64,000 bases of DNA, from NCBI GenBank assembly GCA_040755875.1, contig JBFLZJ010000023.1, positions 4,977 to 68,976 of the forward strand, in the 5' to 3' direction. Positions 28,775 to 37,450 of the stretch are shown one piece after another. How positions within the stretch are numbered: the stretch's first letter is position 1; the number at the start of each line of letters is the position of its first letter. This stretch comes from Pseudomonadota bacterium. GTDB lineage: Bacteria > Pseudomonadota > Gammaproteobacteria > Burkholderiales > Burkholderiaceae_D. The notes below the pieces were generated by a model, which worked only from the letters and a program-made list of their open reading frames with translations, did no database searches and was not told where the DNA came from. The position numbers and the translations under genes are program-made.

Positions 28775-29335
28775 ATGAACAAGAAGATCAAGGACCTGGA
28801 GCAGGAAGAGGAAGAACTGGCGCGCGCGGTGCGCAGCTCGGCGCAGCAGATCTGGCAGGCGGGCCTGGGCGCCTTCGCCAAGGCCCAGCAGGAGGGCGGA
28901 CGCGCCTTCACCCGCCTGGTGCGCGACGGCACCGAGCTGCAGAAGCGCGCCCGCAAGGTGGAGGACGCGACCGACACGGTGGCGCGCAAGGCCGAGCGAT
29001 CGAGCCGGCGCGCATCGAGCACCTGGGGCAAGCTGGAACAGGTGTTCGAGGAGCGCGTCGCCCGCGCCCTGGCCGTCATCGACGTGCCGGCGCGCAGCGA
29101 GATGGAAGCGCTGAACCACCGCATCGACGAGCTCGAACGCATGCTGGCCGAGCTGAGCGTGGGCGCGCCGAAGCCGCCGGCGCCGAGGAAGCCCGCGGCG
29201 AAGAAGGCGGCGGCCAAGTCAGCCGCCAAACCTGCCGCCAAGCCAGCCGTCGGGAAGGCGGCTGCGAAGACGCCGGCGGCAAGGAAGCCGGCGGCGAGGC
29301 CGACAACGCGGCCGGCGCGCGGCGATGGCGCGTGA
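28775..29335 (+). CDS. PhaF/PhaI-like phasin with AKP-rich tail
   Basis: SAQQIWQAGLGAFAKAQQEGG and WGKLEQVFEERVARAL; C-terminal AAKPAAKP repeats. Confidence 0.88.
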   Translation: MNKKIKDLEQEEEELARAVRSSAQQIWQAGLGAFAKAQQEGGRAFTRLVRDGTELQKRARKVEDATDTVARKAERSSRRASSTWGKLEQVFEERVARALAVIDVPARSEMEALNHRIDELERMLAELSVGAPKPPAPRKPAAKKAAAKSAAKPAAKPAVGKAAAKTPAARKPAARPTTRPARGDGA

Positions 29336-29411
29336 AGCCGGACCGCCGGCAGTGTCGCCGGGGTGGCGTTCGATGTTATGCTTGCGGGTGACACCATAAA
29401 TGCCGCCTTCC

Positions 29412-30101
29412 ATGCTACAGAAAGCTCCACGCCGCACCCGTGAACGCATCCTCGAGCTCTCGCTCAGGCTGTTCAACGAGTTCGGCGAGCCGAACATCAC
29501 GACCACCGTCATTGCCGAGGAGATGAATATCTCGCCCGGCAACCTGTACTACCATTTCCGCAACAAGGACGACATCGTCAACTCGATCTTCGTCCAGTTC
29601 GAAGCCGAGATCGAGCGCATCCTCACGGTCCCGGCTGGACGGCGTTCGAACATGGAAGACGTGTGGCTCTACCTGCACCTGATGTTCGAGCTGATCTGGC
29701 GCTACCGCTTCTTCTACCGCGACCTGAACGACCTGCTCTCGCGCAACCGCAAGCTCGAGCTGCACTTCAAGGCCATCCTCGCGCACAAGATCAAGGTCGC
29801 GCGCCAGCTCTGCGAAGACTTGCGCAGCGAAGGCTCGCTCGACGCCGGCGACCAGCAGATCAGCGCGATGGCGACCAACATGGTGGTCGTCGCCACCTAT
29901 TGGCTGTCCTACGAATACGTGCGCAATCCGCGCAAGTACAGCGAGCAGCAGGCCATCGCCGATGCGCTCGCGCGCGGTTGCTACCAGGTGCTGTCGATGC
30001 TCGGCCCCTACCTGCGCGGCGACACCCGGCTGCTGTTCGAGAAGCTCTCCGAGGAATACCTCAAGAAACTCCCGGAAGAGGGCCGCGACCCCAGCGCTTG
30101 A
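29412..30101 (+). CDS. TetR/AcrR family regulator, PhaD-like
   Basis: RERILELSLRLFNEFGEPN...ISPGNLYYHF...EDVWLYLHL resembles Pseudomonas PhaD as recalled. Confidence 0.88.
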   Translation: MLQKAPRRTRERILELSLRLFNEFGEPNITTTVIAEEMNISPGNLYYHFRNKDDIVNSIFVQFEAEIERILTVPAGRRSNMEDVWLYLHLMFELIWRYRFFYRDLNDLLSRNRKLELHFKAILAHKIKVARQLCEDLRSEGSLDAGDQQISAMATNMVVVATYWLSYEYVRNPRKYSEQQAIADALARGCYQVLSMLGPYLRGDTRLLFEKLSEEYLKKLPEEGRDPSA

Positions 30102-30135
30102 AGGCCCGAGCGCTTCTGAATGTTTTGGATCAAGC

Positions 30136-30690
30136 ATGAAATCTATTGCCGTCTACTGCGGCGCCTCGAACGGCGCCAAGCCCATCTACGCCGACGCGGC
30201 GCGCCTGCTCGCGCGCGCCCTGGTCGACCATAACATCGCGCTGGTCTACGGCGGCGGCAAGGTCGGCCTGATGGGCGTGATCGCCGACGAGGTGCTGCGC
30301 CTGGGCGGCGAAGCCACCGGCGTGATCCCGCGCGCCCTGGTCGAGCGCGAAGTCGGCCACGCCGGCCTGACGCGCCTGTTCGTGGTCAAGGACATGCACG
30401 AGCGCAAAGCCATGATGGCCGACCTGGCCGAAGGCTTCATCGCCATGCCGGGTGGCTTCGGCACGCTGGAAGAACTGTTCGAGATGGTGACCTGGGCCCA
30501 GCTCGGCATCCACGCCAAGCCGATCGGCCTGCTCAATACCGAGGGCTTCTACGACGGCCTGGCGGCCTTTGCGCGCCACCAGGAGCAGGAAGGCTTCGTG
30601 CGCACGGCGCACGTGGACCTGATGAACATCGATGCCGATGCCGAGGCGCTGGTGAAGCGCCTGCGCGCGCTGGCCGGACCCGCGGTATGA
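30136..30690 (+). CDS. LOG family protein (TIGR00730)
   Basis: VYGGGKVGLMG, MHERK and PGGFGTLEE motifs. Confidence 0.93.
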   Translation: MKSIAVYCGASNGAKPIYADAARLLARALVDHNIALVYGGGKVGLMGVIADEVLRLGGEATGVIPRALVEREVGHAGLTRLFVVKDMHERKAMMADLAEGFIAMPGGFGTLEELFEMVTWAQLGIHAKPIGLLNTEGFYDGLAAFARHQEQEGFVRTAHVDLMNIDADAEALVKRLRALAGPAV

Positions 30691-30691
30691 G

Positions 30692-30852
30692 GTAGGGTGG
30701 GCGGCTCCAGTCGGGACTGCGAACCGACGCGCCGGTTGCGCCGCCCACGCGTTCGACAGTCCGGCGCAGACCGCGTCGGTTCACGCAGTCGTTGAACTGC
30801 TTGGCCAACACGACGCAGGCGCCACGCGTGGGCACGGGGGCGCCCACCCTAC
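30692..30852. repeat. GTAG-family REP doublet; left REP has an expanded loop
   Basis: gtagggtgggcgg...ccgcccacgcgt (30692-30752) and an inverted REP at about 30824-30852. Confidence 0.8.
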
Positions 30853-33608
30853 GCCGATGCCGGCGTTTCCGTTTCGTTCGGCTGTAGCTGGGTCAAACTC
30901 CCGCAGCTCCCCGGCCGCGCCACGTGCAGCGCGACCAGCTTCGCGATCTCCTCGGCCGTCACCGGCTTGCTGAACAAATAGCCCTGCATTTCGTCGCATT
31001 CGTTCTCGCGCAGGAACCGGCACTGCTGCTCGGTCTCGACGCCTTCGGCGATCACCTTGAGGTTCAGCTTGTGGCCGAGCGAGATCACCGCCATCGCGAT
31101 CGCCTGGTCGTCGGGATTGTCGGCCAGTTCGCTCACAAAGCTCTTGTCGATCTTCAGGCGGCTGATCGGGAAGCTCTTCAGCGAAGACAGGCTGGAGTAG
31201 CCGGTGCCGAAGTCGTCGATCGACAGCGACACCCCCATCGCCTTCAGTTCGCGCATGGTCCCGACCGACTTCTGCAGGTCGCGCATGATCAGGCTCTCGG
31301 TCACTTCCAGCTCCAGCAGCGCGGGCGGCAGGCCGGAGTCGACGAGGGCGGCGGCAACCCGGTCGACCAGGCGCGCTTCCTCGAACTGGCGCGCCGAGAC
31401 GTTCACCGAGACCGTGATCGGCCCCATGCCGGCTTCGCGCCAGGCCTGGGCCTGGCGGCAGGCGGTGCGCACCACCCAGTCGCCGATCGGCACGATCAGG
31501 CCGCTTTCCTCGGCCAGGCCGATGAAGCGCTGCGGCGGCACCACGCCGTGTTCCGGGTGGCGCCAGCGGATCAGGGCTTCGACGCCGAAGATGCGTCCGC
31601 TCTTCAGGTCGACCTTGGGCTGGTACAGCAGGTAGAAGCTGTTGTCGCCGCCGCCGTCGACGGTCGCCTGGACCGCCTGGCGCAGGCCTTCGAGCAGCAC
31701 CAGCTTTTCCTCGACGCTGGCGTTCATCTCGCGCGCGTAGAACTGGAAGTTGTTGCTGCCCAGGTCCTTGGCGCGGTACATCGCGGCGTCGGCGTTCATG
31801 AGCAGGGCGCTGGCGTCGAGCCCGTCGCGCGGATACATCACCACGCCCATGCTGCAGCTGACCTGCACCGCCTGGCCGGCGACCTGCACCGGTTCGGTGA
31901 CGGCGACGCGGATCTTTTCCAGCAGCGGCGCCAGCGCCTTCGGGTCCTGGCCCTGGCCCTGGTCCGGCAGCAGGATGACGAACTCGTCGCCGCCGAAGCG
32001 CGCCAGGGTATCGTTGCGGCGCAGGCAGGCGCCCATGCGCTTGCTGACCACTTTCAGCAGCTCGTCGCCGGCCTTGTGGCCGAGGCCGTCGTTGACCAGC
32101 TTGAAGCCGTCGAGGTCGACGAAGGCCAGCGCCACGCCCTCGCCGTTGCGCGCGGCGTTGCGGATCGCCTGGTCGATGCGGTCGTGCATCAGGGTGCGGT
32201 TCGGCAGGCCGGTGAGCTCGTCGTGGTGGGCCATGTGGAAGATGCGCTCCTCGGCCAGCTTGCGCTCGGTAATGTCGCGCACGATCGCCACCACGCCGTC
32301 CTCGACCGCCACCACCTGGCGGTGCAGCCAGCGCCCCTGGGCGCTCGGGGCATGGGCCTGCCATTCGCCTTCGCGCGGCTGGCCGGTGGTGGCCACCAGC
32401 GCCAGGTCCTCGAAGATGCCGTTGCTGCGGAAGTGGGGCAGCAGCTCGCACAGGCGGGTGCCGCACAGCGTCTCGTGGTCCATGCCGAAGATGGCTTCGG
32501 CGGCCGAGTTGGCGGCCTCGATCTCGAAATCGAGCACCGTGCCGCGCAGGTCGCGCACCGTGCGCAGCACGACGAAGGCGTCCAGGCTGCCTTCGGATGC
32601 GGCGGCATAGGTCTCCTGGGCGCGGCGCGCGCGGCGCCGTGCTTTCGTCAGCTGCCAGGACCATACCGAGATCACCCCGACCACCGCCAGCAGCAGGGCG
32701 CTGGCGGCGCCGGCGGCCAGCAGCCAGGTGCCGCGGCTCTGCTCGAAGGACGCGAACTGCTCGTCCTGCGCCAGGCCGACCACCACCGCCAGCGGGAAGC
32801 CGTGCAGGCGCCGCACGCTGGTGTAGCGCGCCAGGCCGTCGGGCGCGCCGCGGCGCAGCATCACCGTTTCCTGTGCCGCGTGGCCCAGTTCGATGCGCTG
32901 GCCCCAGCTGACCTCGTCGCCGATGCGCAGCGCGCGCATCACGCCGTCGGTGCCGGCCAGCCCCAGCATGCCGTGCTCGCCATCGCGCCCGTGCTCGTAG
33001 GCGCTGGTGAAATAGGCCGGGTCGACCTCGACGATGGCGATGCCGGCGAAGCGGCCGGCGGCGTCGTTGATGCGGCGCGTGAAGTGCAGGTGGGGCTCGG
33101 ATTTGACGGCGTCGCCGACGGTCGCCCCGACGAAGGGCTGGCCCTCGTCGTTGTCGCGGTGGTAGAGGAAGTAGGCGGCGTTCGAGACGTCGAGCGCGCC
33201 TTCGTCCGGGTTCCTGGCGACGATGCGCCCGTCGCGGTCGGCGATGGCGACCACGAACACCAGCGCGGGGGGCAGCAGGCCCTGCTGGCTCAGCGCGGGC
33301 AGGGCGCCTTGCGTGCCTTTCAGCTCGACCGCGTACTTGAGCACCTTCAGGGTCTGGTCGATGCCGTTCAGGCTGCGCGCCATCTGGGCCTCGTAGGTGT
33401 CGAGCCGCTCGCGCGTGGCCGCTTCGGCGGCGATGCCCGCGGCCTGGCGTTCCGATTCGATGAAGCGCAGCGTCAGCGGCCACATCGCCGCCACCAGCAG
33501 CAGCGCGAACAGGGGCAGGGCCACGTGGGTTTCGAGCGCGCGGCCGAGCCGGCGCGCCAGGCGGCTGCGGCGCGCCGGGCGGCGCGTTGCGAGCTTGGGT
33601 GTCCTCAT
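30849..33608 (-). CDS. Membrane Cache-PAS-GGDEF-EAL c-di-GMP enzyme
   Basis: Two TM helices around a periplasmic Cache-like domain; RRND I-site then RFGGDEF; EAL and DDFGTGYSS intact. Confidence 0.95.
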   Translation of the reverse strand: MRTPKLATRRPARRSRLARRLGRALETHVALPLFALLLVAAMWPLTLRFIESERQAAGIAAEAATRERLDTYEAQMARSLNGIDQTLKVLKYAVELKGTQGALPALSQQGLLPPALVFVVAIADRDGRIVARNPDEGALDVSNAAYFLYHRDNDEGQPFVGATVGDAVKSEPHLHFTRRINDAAGRFAGIAIVEVDPAYFTSAYEHGRDGEHGMLGLAGTDGVMRALRIGDEVSWGQRIELGHAAQETVMLRRGAPDGLARYTSVRRLHGFPLAVVVGLAQDEQFASFEQSRGTWLLAAGAASALLLAVVGVISVWSWQLTKARRRARRAQETYAAASEGSLDAFVVLRTVRDLRGTVLDFEIEAANSAAEAIFGMDHETLCGTRLCELLPHFRSNGIFEDLALVATTGQPREGEWQAHAPSAQGRWLHRQVVAVEDGVVAIVRDITERKLAEERIFHMAHHDELTGLPNRTLMHDRIDQAIRNAARNGEGVALAFVDLDGFKLVNDGLGHKAGDELLKVVSKRMGACLRRNDTLARFGGDEFVILLPDQGQGQDPKALAPLLEKIRVAVTEPVQVAGQAVQVSCSMGVVMYPRDGLDASALLMNADAAMYRAKDLGSNNFQFYAREMNASVEEKLVLLEGLRQAVQATVDGGGDNSFYLLYQPKVDLKSGRIFGVEALIRWRHPEHGVVPPQRFIGLAEESGLIVPIGDWVVRTACRQAQAWREAGMGPITVSVNVSARQFEEARLVDRVAAALVDSGLPPALLELEVTESLIMRDLQKSVGTMRELKAMGVSLSIDDFGTGYSSLSSLKSFPISRLKIDKSFVSELADNPDDQAIAMAVISLGHKLNLKVIAEGVETEQQCRFLRENECDEMQGYLFSKPVTAEEIAKLVALHVARPGSCGSLTQLQPNETETPASA

Positions 33609-33616
33609 ATGTCCTC

Positions 33617-34048
33617 TCAGTTCACCAGCAGGACCTGGCGCACGCTGGGGTCGAGCGCATCGCGCTCGATGTAGCCGATCAGGCCGGGGTCCTCGGCGAC
33701 GGCGCGGCGCACGGCGGCGCTGCCCTGCAGCTCGCGCGGCGGCTGGCCGCGGCCGGTGAACACCATCTTCGACCAGTGCGCCTTGAGCAGGGCCGGGCTC
33801 TTGCCGGCAACGCGCTGGTAGAAGGTGTTGCGTTCTTGGGAGCCGAGCGGCTGGTCGACGGCCTCGGCCAGCGCGCCGCCCGGGAAGCGCGGGCTCTGGC
33901 CGAGGAAGATCGCGGCCACCTGGTCGGGGCGCAGCGTCTCGACGGGACTGCGGGCCGAGACGATCACCACCAGCTCGGCGGCCTGGCCGGCCGCGCAGGC
34001 AAGCAGCAGCGCCGCGGCGGCAAGCAGCCTGGAAATTGGGTTGCGCAT
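33617..34048 (-). CDS. Small periplasmic PBP-like protein (truncated PstS-like fold)
   Basis: Signal peptide; ELVVIVS...IFLG...WSKMVFTGRGQPP...VAEDPGLIGYI. Confidence 0.85.
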   Translation of the reverse strand: MRNPISRLLAAAALLLACAAGQAAELVVIVSARSPVETLRPDQVAAIFLGQSPRFPGGALAEAVDQPLGSQERNTFYQRVAGKSPALLKAHWSKMVFTGRGQPPRELQGSAAVRRAVAEDPGLIGYIERDALDPSVRQVLLVN

Positions 34049-34055
34049 GGCTGCC

Positions 34056-35315
34056 TCAGAACACGAAGTCGAGCGTTGCACTGCTGACGTGCGCCGTCCG
34101 GCCCGAGCGGAAGTCCGGGCCCAGGTTCATCATCGTGCCGCGCGAGCCGGCGCGCGGGGTCACGCGGTCGTACTGCAGCTTGAGGGCGGCGTTCGAGGCC
34201 AGGTCCCAGCGCAGGCCGGCGCTGACGGTGGACTGCGAGGCGATCGTGCGCAGCATCGTCGCGACGCCCTCGTTCAGGGCCGCACCCGCCGCGGCGAGGT
34301 CCGCCGGCAAACCGTCCAGCACCAGCGCATGCGGGCCTTCCGGCTTCTTGCCCCAGATGCGGGCGTAGCTGAGATAGGGGGTGAGCGCGCCGCGACGGAA
34401 GCCGCTGCTGGCATAGACCGAGTTGGTGGTCCCGAGGAAGGAATTGACCCGGTAGTGGCCGGCTTCGGCCATGACGAACCACTGGCCCGGGTCGTAGTTC
34501 ATGCCGATACTGGCGGCGTTGGCGCGCTTGCGCTCGGTGGCGACGGCGCTCGCCACCGCCTCGCCCTGTTCGCCGAAGGCGCGCAGGCCCGCGAACAGCT
34601 GCGGGTAGAGCGACACCGTCAGGCGCGTGGTGAGGATCGAGGCGCGCACGCTCAGGTCGCCGCGCTCGATGGTGTGCGACAGGCCGGCGATGTCGCTGCC
34701 GCGCAGCCGCGCGCCGTCGTACAGCGCGATGTCGGTGCGGCCGGCGAAGGCCTGGGTGGTGCCGCGCAGCGTGTCGCCGTTCCAGCGCCAGCTGAGATCG
34801 AGGCCGTCGCTGCTCGACAGCGGCACGGCGCCATAGACTTCGACCGGCGTGCGCGCCCAGGGATAGGCGTAGCCGACCTTGCGGTAGTCGGCGGCGACGA
34901 ACATCGGCAGCGCGATGCGCCCGACGCGCAGCGCCACTTCCGGCGTCGCCTGGTATTTCACGTTGGCCCATTCCACACGCGGCCGGTAGCTGTAGTCCAG
35001 GCGCTGTTCGCTCACCACCTGCAGCACCGCCGACCAGCGCTGGTCGATGTGCAGGTCGACCTGCGCGCCCAGCTTGCTGTCCACGTGCGGGCTCCAATCG
35101 TGGGTGCGGCCGGCGCCGTCGCCCTTCATCGCCGACGAACTGTAGTCGGCATTGTGCTCGCTCGAATGGGCGGCGCCGAGCGTGCCGAAGCCGGACAGCT
35201 TCCAGGTCGGTGTCGTGTCGTCGGCGGCCTGGGCGGCGCCGGTCAGGGTCATGGCCAGCAGGCTGGCGCGCACGGCGCCGGGCATACGCCTGCCGCAAGA
35301 TTGGAACGGGTGCAT
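34056..35315 (-). CDS. Porin-like outer-membrane beta-barrel protein
   Basis: Signal peptide; WKLSGFGTLG start; amphipathic strands; C-terminal ATLDFVF. Confidence 0.82.
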   Translation of the reverse strand: MHPFQSCGRRMPGAVRASLLAMTLTGAAQAADDTTPTWKLSGFGTLGAAHSSEHNADYSSSAMKGDGAGRTHDWSPHVDSKLGAQVDLHIDQRWSAVLQVVSEQRLDYSYRPRVEWANVKYQATPEVALRVGRIALPMFVAADYRKVGYAYPWARTPVEVYGAVPLSSSDGLDLSWRWNGDTLRGTTQAFAGRTDIALYDGARLRGSDIAGLSHTIERGDLSVRASILTTRLTVSLYPQLFAGLRAFGEQGEAVASAVATERKRANAASIGMNYDPGQWFVMAEAGHYRVNSFLGTTNSVYASSGFRRGALTPYLSYARIWGKKPEGPHALVLDGLPADLAAAGAALNEGVATMLRTIASQSTVSAGLRWDLASNAALKLQYDRVTPRAGSRGTMMNLGPDFRSGRTAHVSSATLDFVF

Positions 35316-35400
35316 GGTGTCAGTGTCCTCAAGAATCCTTCGCGGCGGCGAAGGCGGCGAAGGAAATCGGGCGGCCGCCGAGGCTGGTGCTGGCGGACCG

Positions 35401-35470
35401 GTTACGTGCACGATCTTATGTGCACGATGTTACGCGCACGATATTACGTGCGCGATCCTGCGTGCATGAC
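35401..35470. repeat. Tandem array of 14-bp units NTTACGTGCACGAT (4 good copies plus 1 degenerate)
   Basis: gttacgtgcacgat / cttatgtgcacgat / gttacgcgcacgat / attacgtgcgcgat / cctgcgtgcatgac. Confidence 0.85.
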
Positions 35471-35720
35471 GCACGGAAAGACTTTAGCGAACGCATACGT
35501 GAAAGTCGATAAATTTGCGTGAGGAAACTTAGAGTCGGTCCACTATCGTTGTGCTGCGGCAACGAGTGTTATCGGCGTCATATCGATCGTCATCCGGCTT
35601 GTGCACTGTGCTGGGGCGGACAGGCCGCGCCGGGGTCGCCAGTTTGGCGCGTTAGCAAGTATGATGGCGCATACAGGCCGTCACGTCGACGCCCTCCTCG
35701 CCGGAACCGATCACGAAACG

Positions 35721-36077
35721 ATGCGCCGCTGGGTACTCATCATTCTGCTGCTGGTCTATCCCTTCCAGGTTGCCCTGGCAATGGCCGACCGCTGCTGCGT
35801 GACGACGCCGGCCGGCCTCACCCATCACGTCGCCGCGGACGTGCAGGGCGCCGCGGCGCTCCAGCCGGTATTCGTGGCCGACGACGGCTATTCCCTGCTG
35901 GCCGATCCGCATTGCGCCGCGTGCAGCCTGGGCCACAGTGTCGGCCTTCCTTCCGTTGCGTCGGCCCTGCCTGGCGCTGCGCATCAGTCCAGCGTTGCCG
36001 CCGCCGCGCTGCCTTTCCTGGCGCCGCCCCCGGTGGCCCGTCCCGAACGTCCCAAGTGGCCTGCCGCCGCTGAGTAG
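35721..36077 (+). CDS. CzcI-like periplasmic metal-binding protein
   Basis: MRRWVLIILLLVYPFQ, CC..THH and HCAAC; located directly upstream of czcC. Confidence 0.72.
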   Translation: MRRWVLIILLLVYPFQVALAMADRCCVTTPAGLTHHVAADVQGAAALQPVFVADDGYSLLADPHCAACSLGHSVGLPSVASALPGAAHQSSVAAAALPFLAPPPVARPERPKWPAAAE

Positions 36078-36174
36078 CGCGCAGGTTTTCATCGCAGGAT
36101 CCCCCTGTCGCCGCGAGCCCTTGCCGGCCCGCGCCCGCCTGCGCGCCTGATCGACATTCTTATCAGGAGCAAGC

Positions 36175-37443
36175 ATGAACACGACTACCCGGAGACTGGG
36201 CGCCCTGGCGCTCGTCTCGGCATTGGGCTGCGGCTGCGCCGCAGCCGCTGCAAGCACCACCGCGCTGCCGGCAATGCGCACGGACGCCTCGCCCATCGAC
36301 CTGCCGGCCGCGATCCGCCTCGCGCTCGAACAGCCGCGCCTGCGGGCGGCGGACCACGAAGTGGCGGCCAGCCTTGCCGCCATCGAACAGGCCGGCCGTT
36401 ATCCGAATCCGACCCTGGAATACCTGCGCGAAGGCGAGCAGGCGGGGACCCGGACCACCACCATCCAGCTCAACCAGCCCATCGAACTGGGCGGCAAGCG
36501 CCAGGCCAGGGTCGCGCTGGCCCAGGGCGAGGCGGCGCTCGCGCGCAGCGAGCTGCAGGTCTTGCGCCAGGACCTGCGCGCCGAGGTCATCGCCGCCTTC
36601 CACGGCGTGCTGGTGGCCCAGGAAAGGCAGGCGCTGGCCGCCTTCCTGGCCGAACTGGCCGGCAAGAGCGTCGACGTCGCCGCGCGCCAGGTCGCGGCCG
36701 GCAAGGTCTCGCCGATCGACGCCACCCGCGCGCGCCTGGCCGCGTCCGAAGCCAGGGCCGAACTGAACACGGCGACGGCGGAACTGTCGCTGGCCAGGAT
36801 ACGGCTCGGCGCCCTGGTCGGCAGGCCGGGCGAGACGCTGACGCTGGCCGCCAGCCAGGACGCGCCCCTCCCGAGCCTGGCGCCGCTGCCGCAATTGCAG
36901 GCCAGGCTGTTGCAGGCGCCGCCGCTGCGCCGCGCACGCAGCGCCGTCGCGGCGCAAAGCGCCCAGGCCCAGGTCGAGCGCGCGGCGCGCATTCCCGACC
37001 TCACGCTCTCGGTCGGCAGCCAGCGCGCGGACGAGGTGGGGCGCCGCCAGGCCGTGCTCGGCCTGTCGGTCCCGCTGCCCCTGTTCGACCGCAACAGCGC
37101 CAGGCTGGGCGCGGCGCTGCGGCGCGCCGACAAGGCGCGCGAGGAGCTCGCCGCGGCCGGGACCGCGCTGGCCGCGGACCTGGAGGCCGCCGTCACCCGC
37201 TACGAGGCGGCGAAGGCCGAGGCCGCGCTGCTGCGCGACGACGTGATCCCCGACGCCAGGACCAACCACGCGCTGACCCTGAAGGGTTTCGAACACGGCA
37301 AGTTCGCCTTCCTCGACGTGCTCGACGCCCAGCGCACCCTGGCCCAGGCCCAGGCGCGCCGGTGGGGCGCGCTGCTCGCCGCCTGGCAGGCTTTTGCCGA
37401 CATCGAACGCATGACCGGCGGCGACGCCGCGCAACAGGATTGA
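36175..37443 (+). CDS. czcC: Heavy-metal RND outer-membrane factor
   Basis: TolC-family protein (GRYPNPTL, LSVPLPLFDRN, GKFAFLDVLDAQRTL). Confidence 0.9.
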   Translation: MNTTTRRLGALALVSALGCGCAAAAASTTALPAMRTDASPIDLPAAIRLALEQPRLRAADHEVAASLAAIEQAGRYPNPTLEYLREGEQAGTRTTTIQLNQPIELGGKRQARVALAQGEAALARSELQVLRQDLRAEVIAAFHGVLVAQERQALAAFLAELAGKSVDVAARQVAAGKVSPIDATRARLAASEARAELNTATAELSLARIRLGALVGRPGETLTLAASQDAPLPSLAPLPQLQARLLQAPPLRRARSAVAAQSAQAQVERAARIPDLTLSVGSQRADEVGRRQAVLGLSVPLPLFDRNSARLGAALRRADKAREELAAAGTALAADLEAAVTRYEAAKAEAALLRDDVIPDARTNHALTLKGFEHGKFAFLDVLDAQRTLAQAQARRWGALLAAWQAFADIERMTGGDAAQQD

Positions 37444-37450
37444 GAGAACC

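Noticed and set aside
29170-29320. Repetitive AAKP-coding DNA
   Set aside because: Explained by the PhaF-like phasin tail; not an independent repeat element.
30924-33674. 916-aa plus-strand ORF
   Set aside because: Antisense shadow of the GGDEF-EAL gene, a typical high-GC artefact; no recognisable motifs.
35401-35470. Possible CRISPR array
   Set aside because: The units are contiguous 14-mers with no unique spacers, and there are no cas genes; kept as a tandem repeat.
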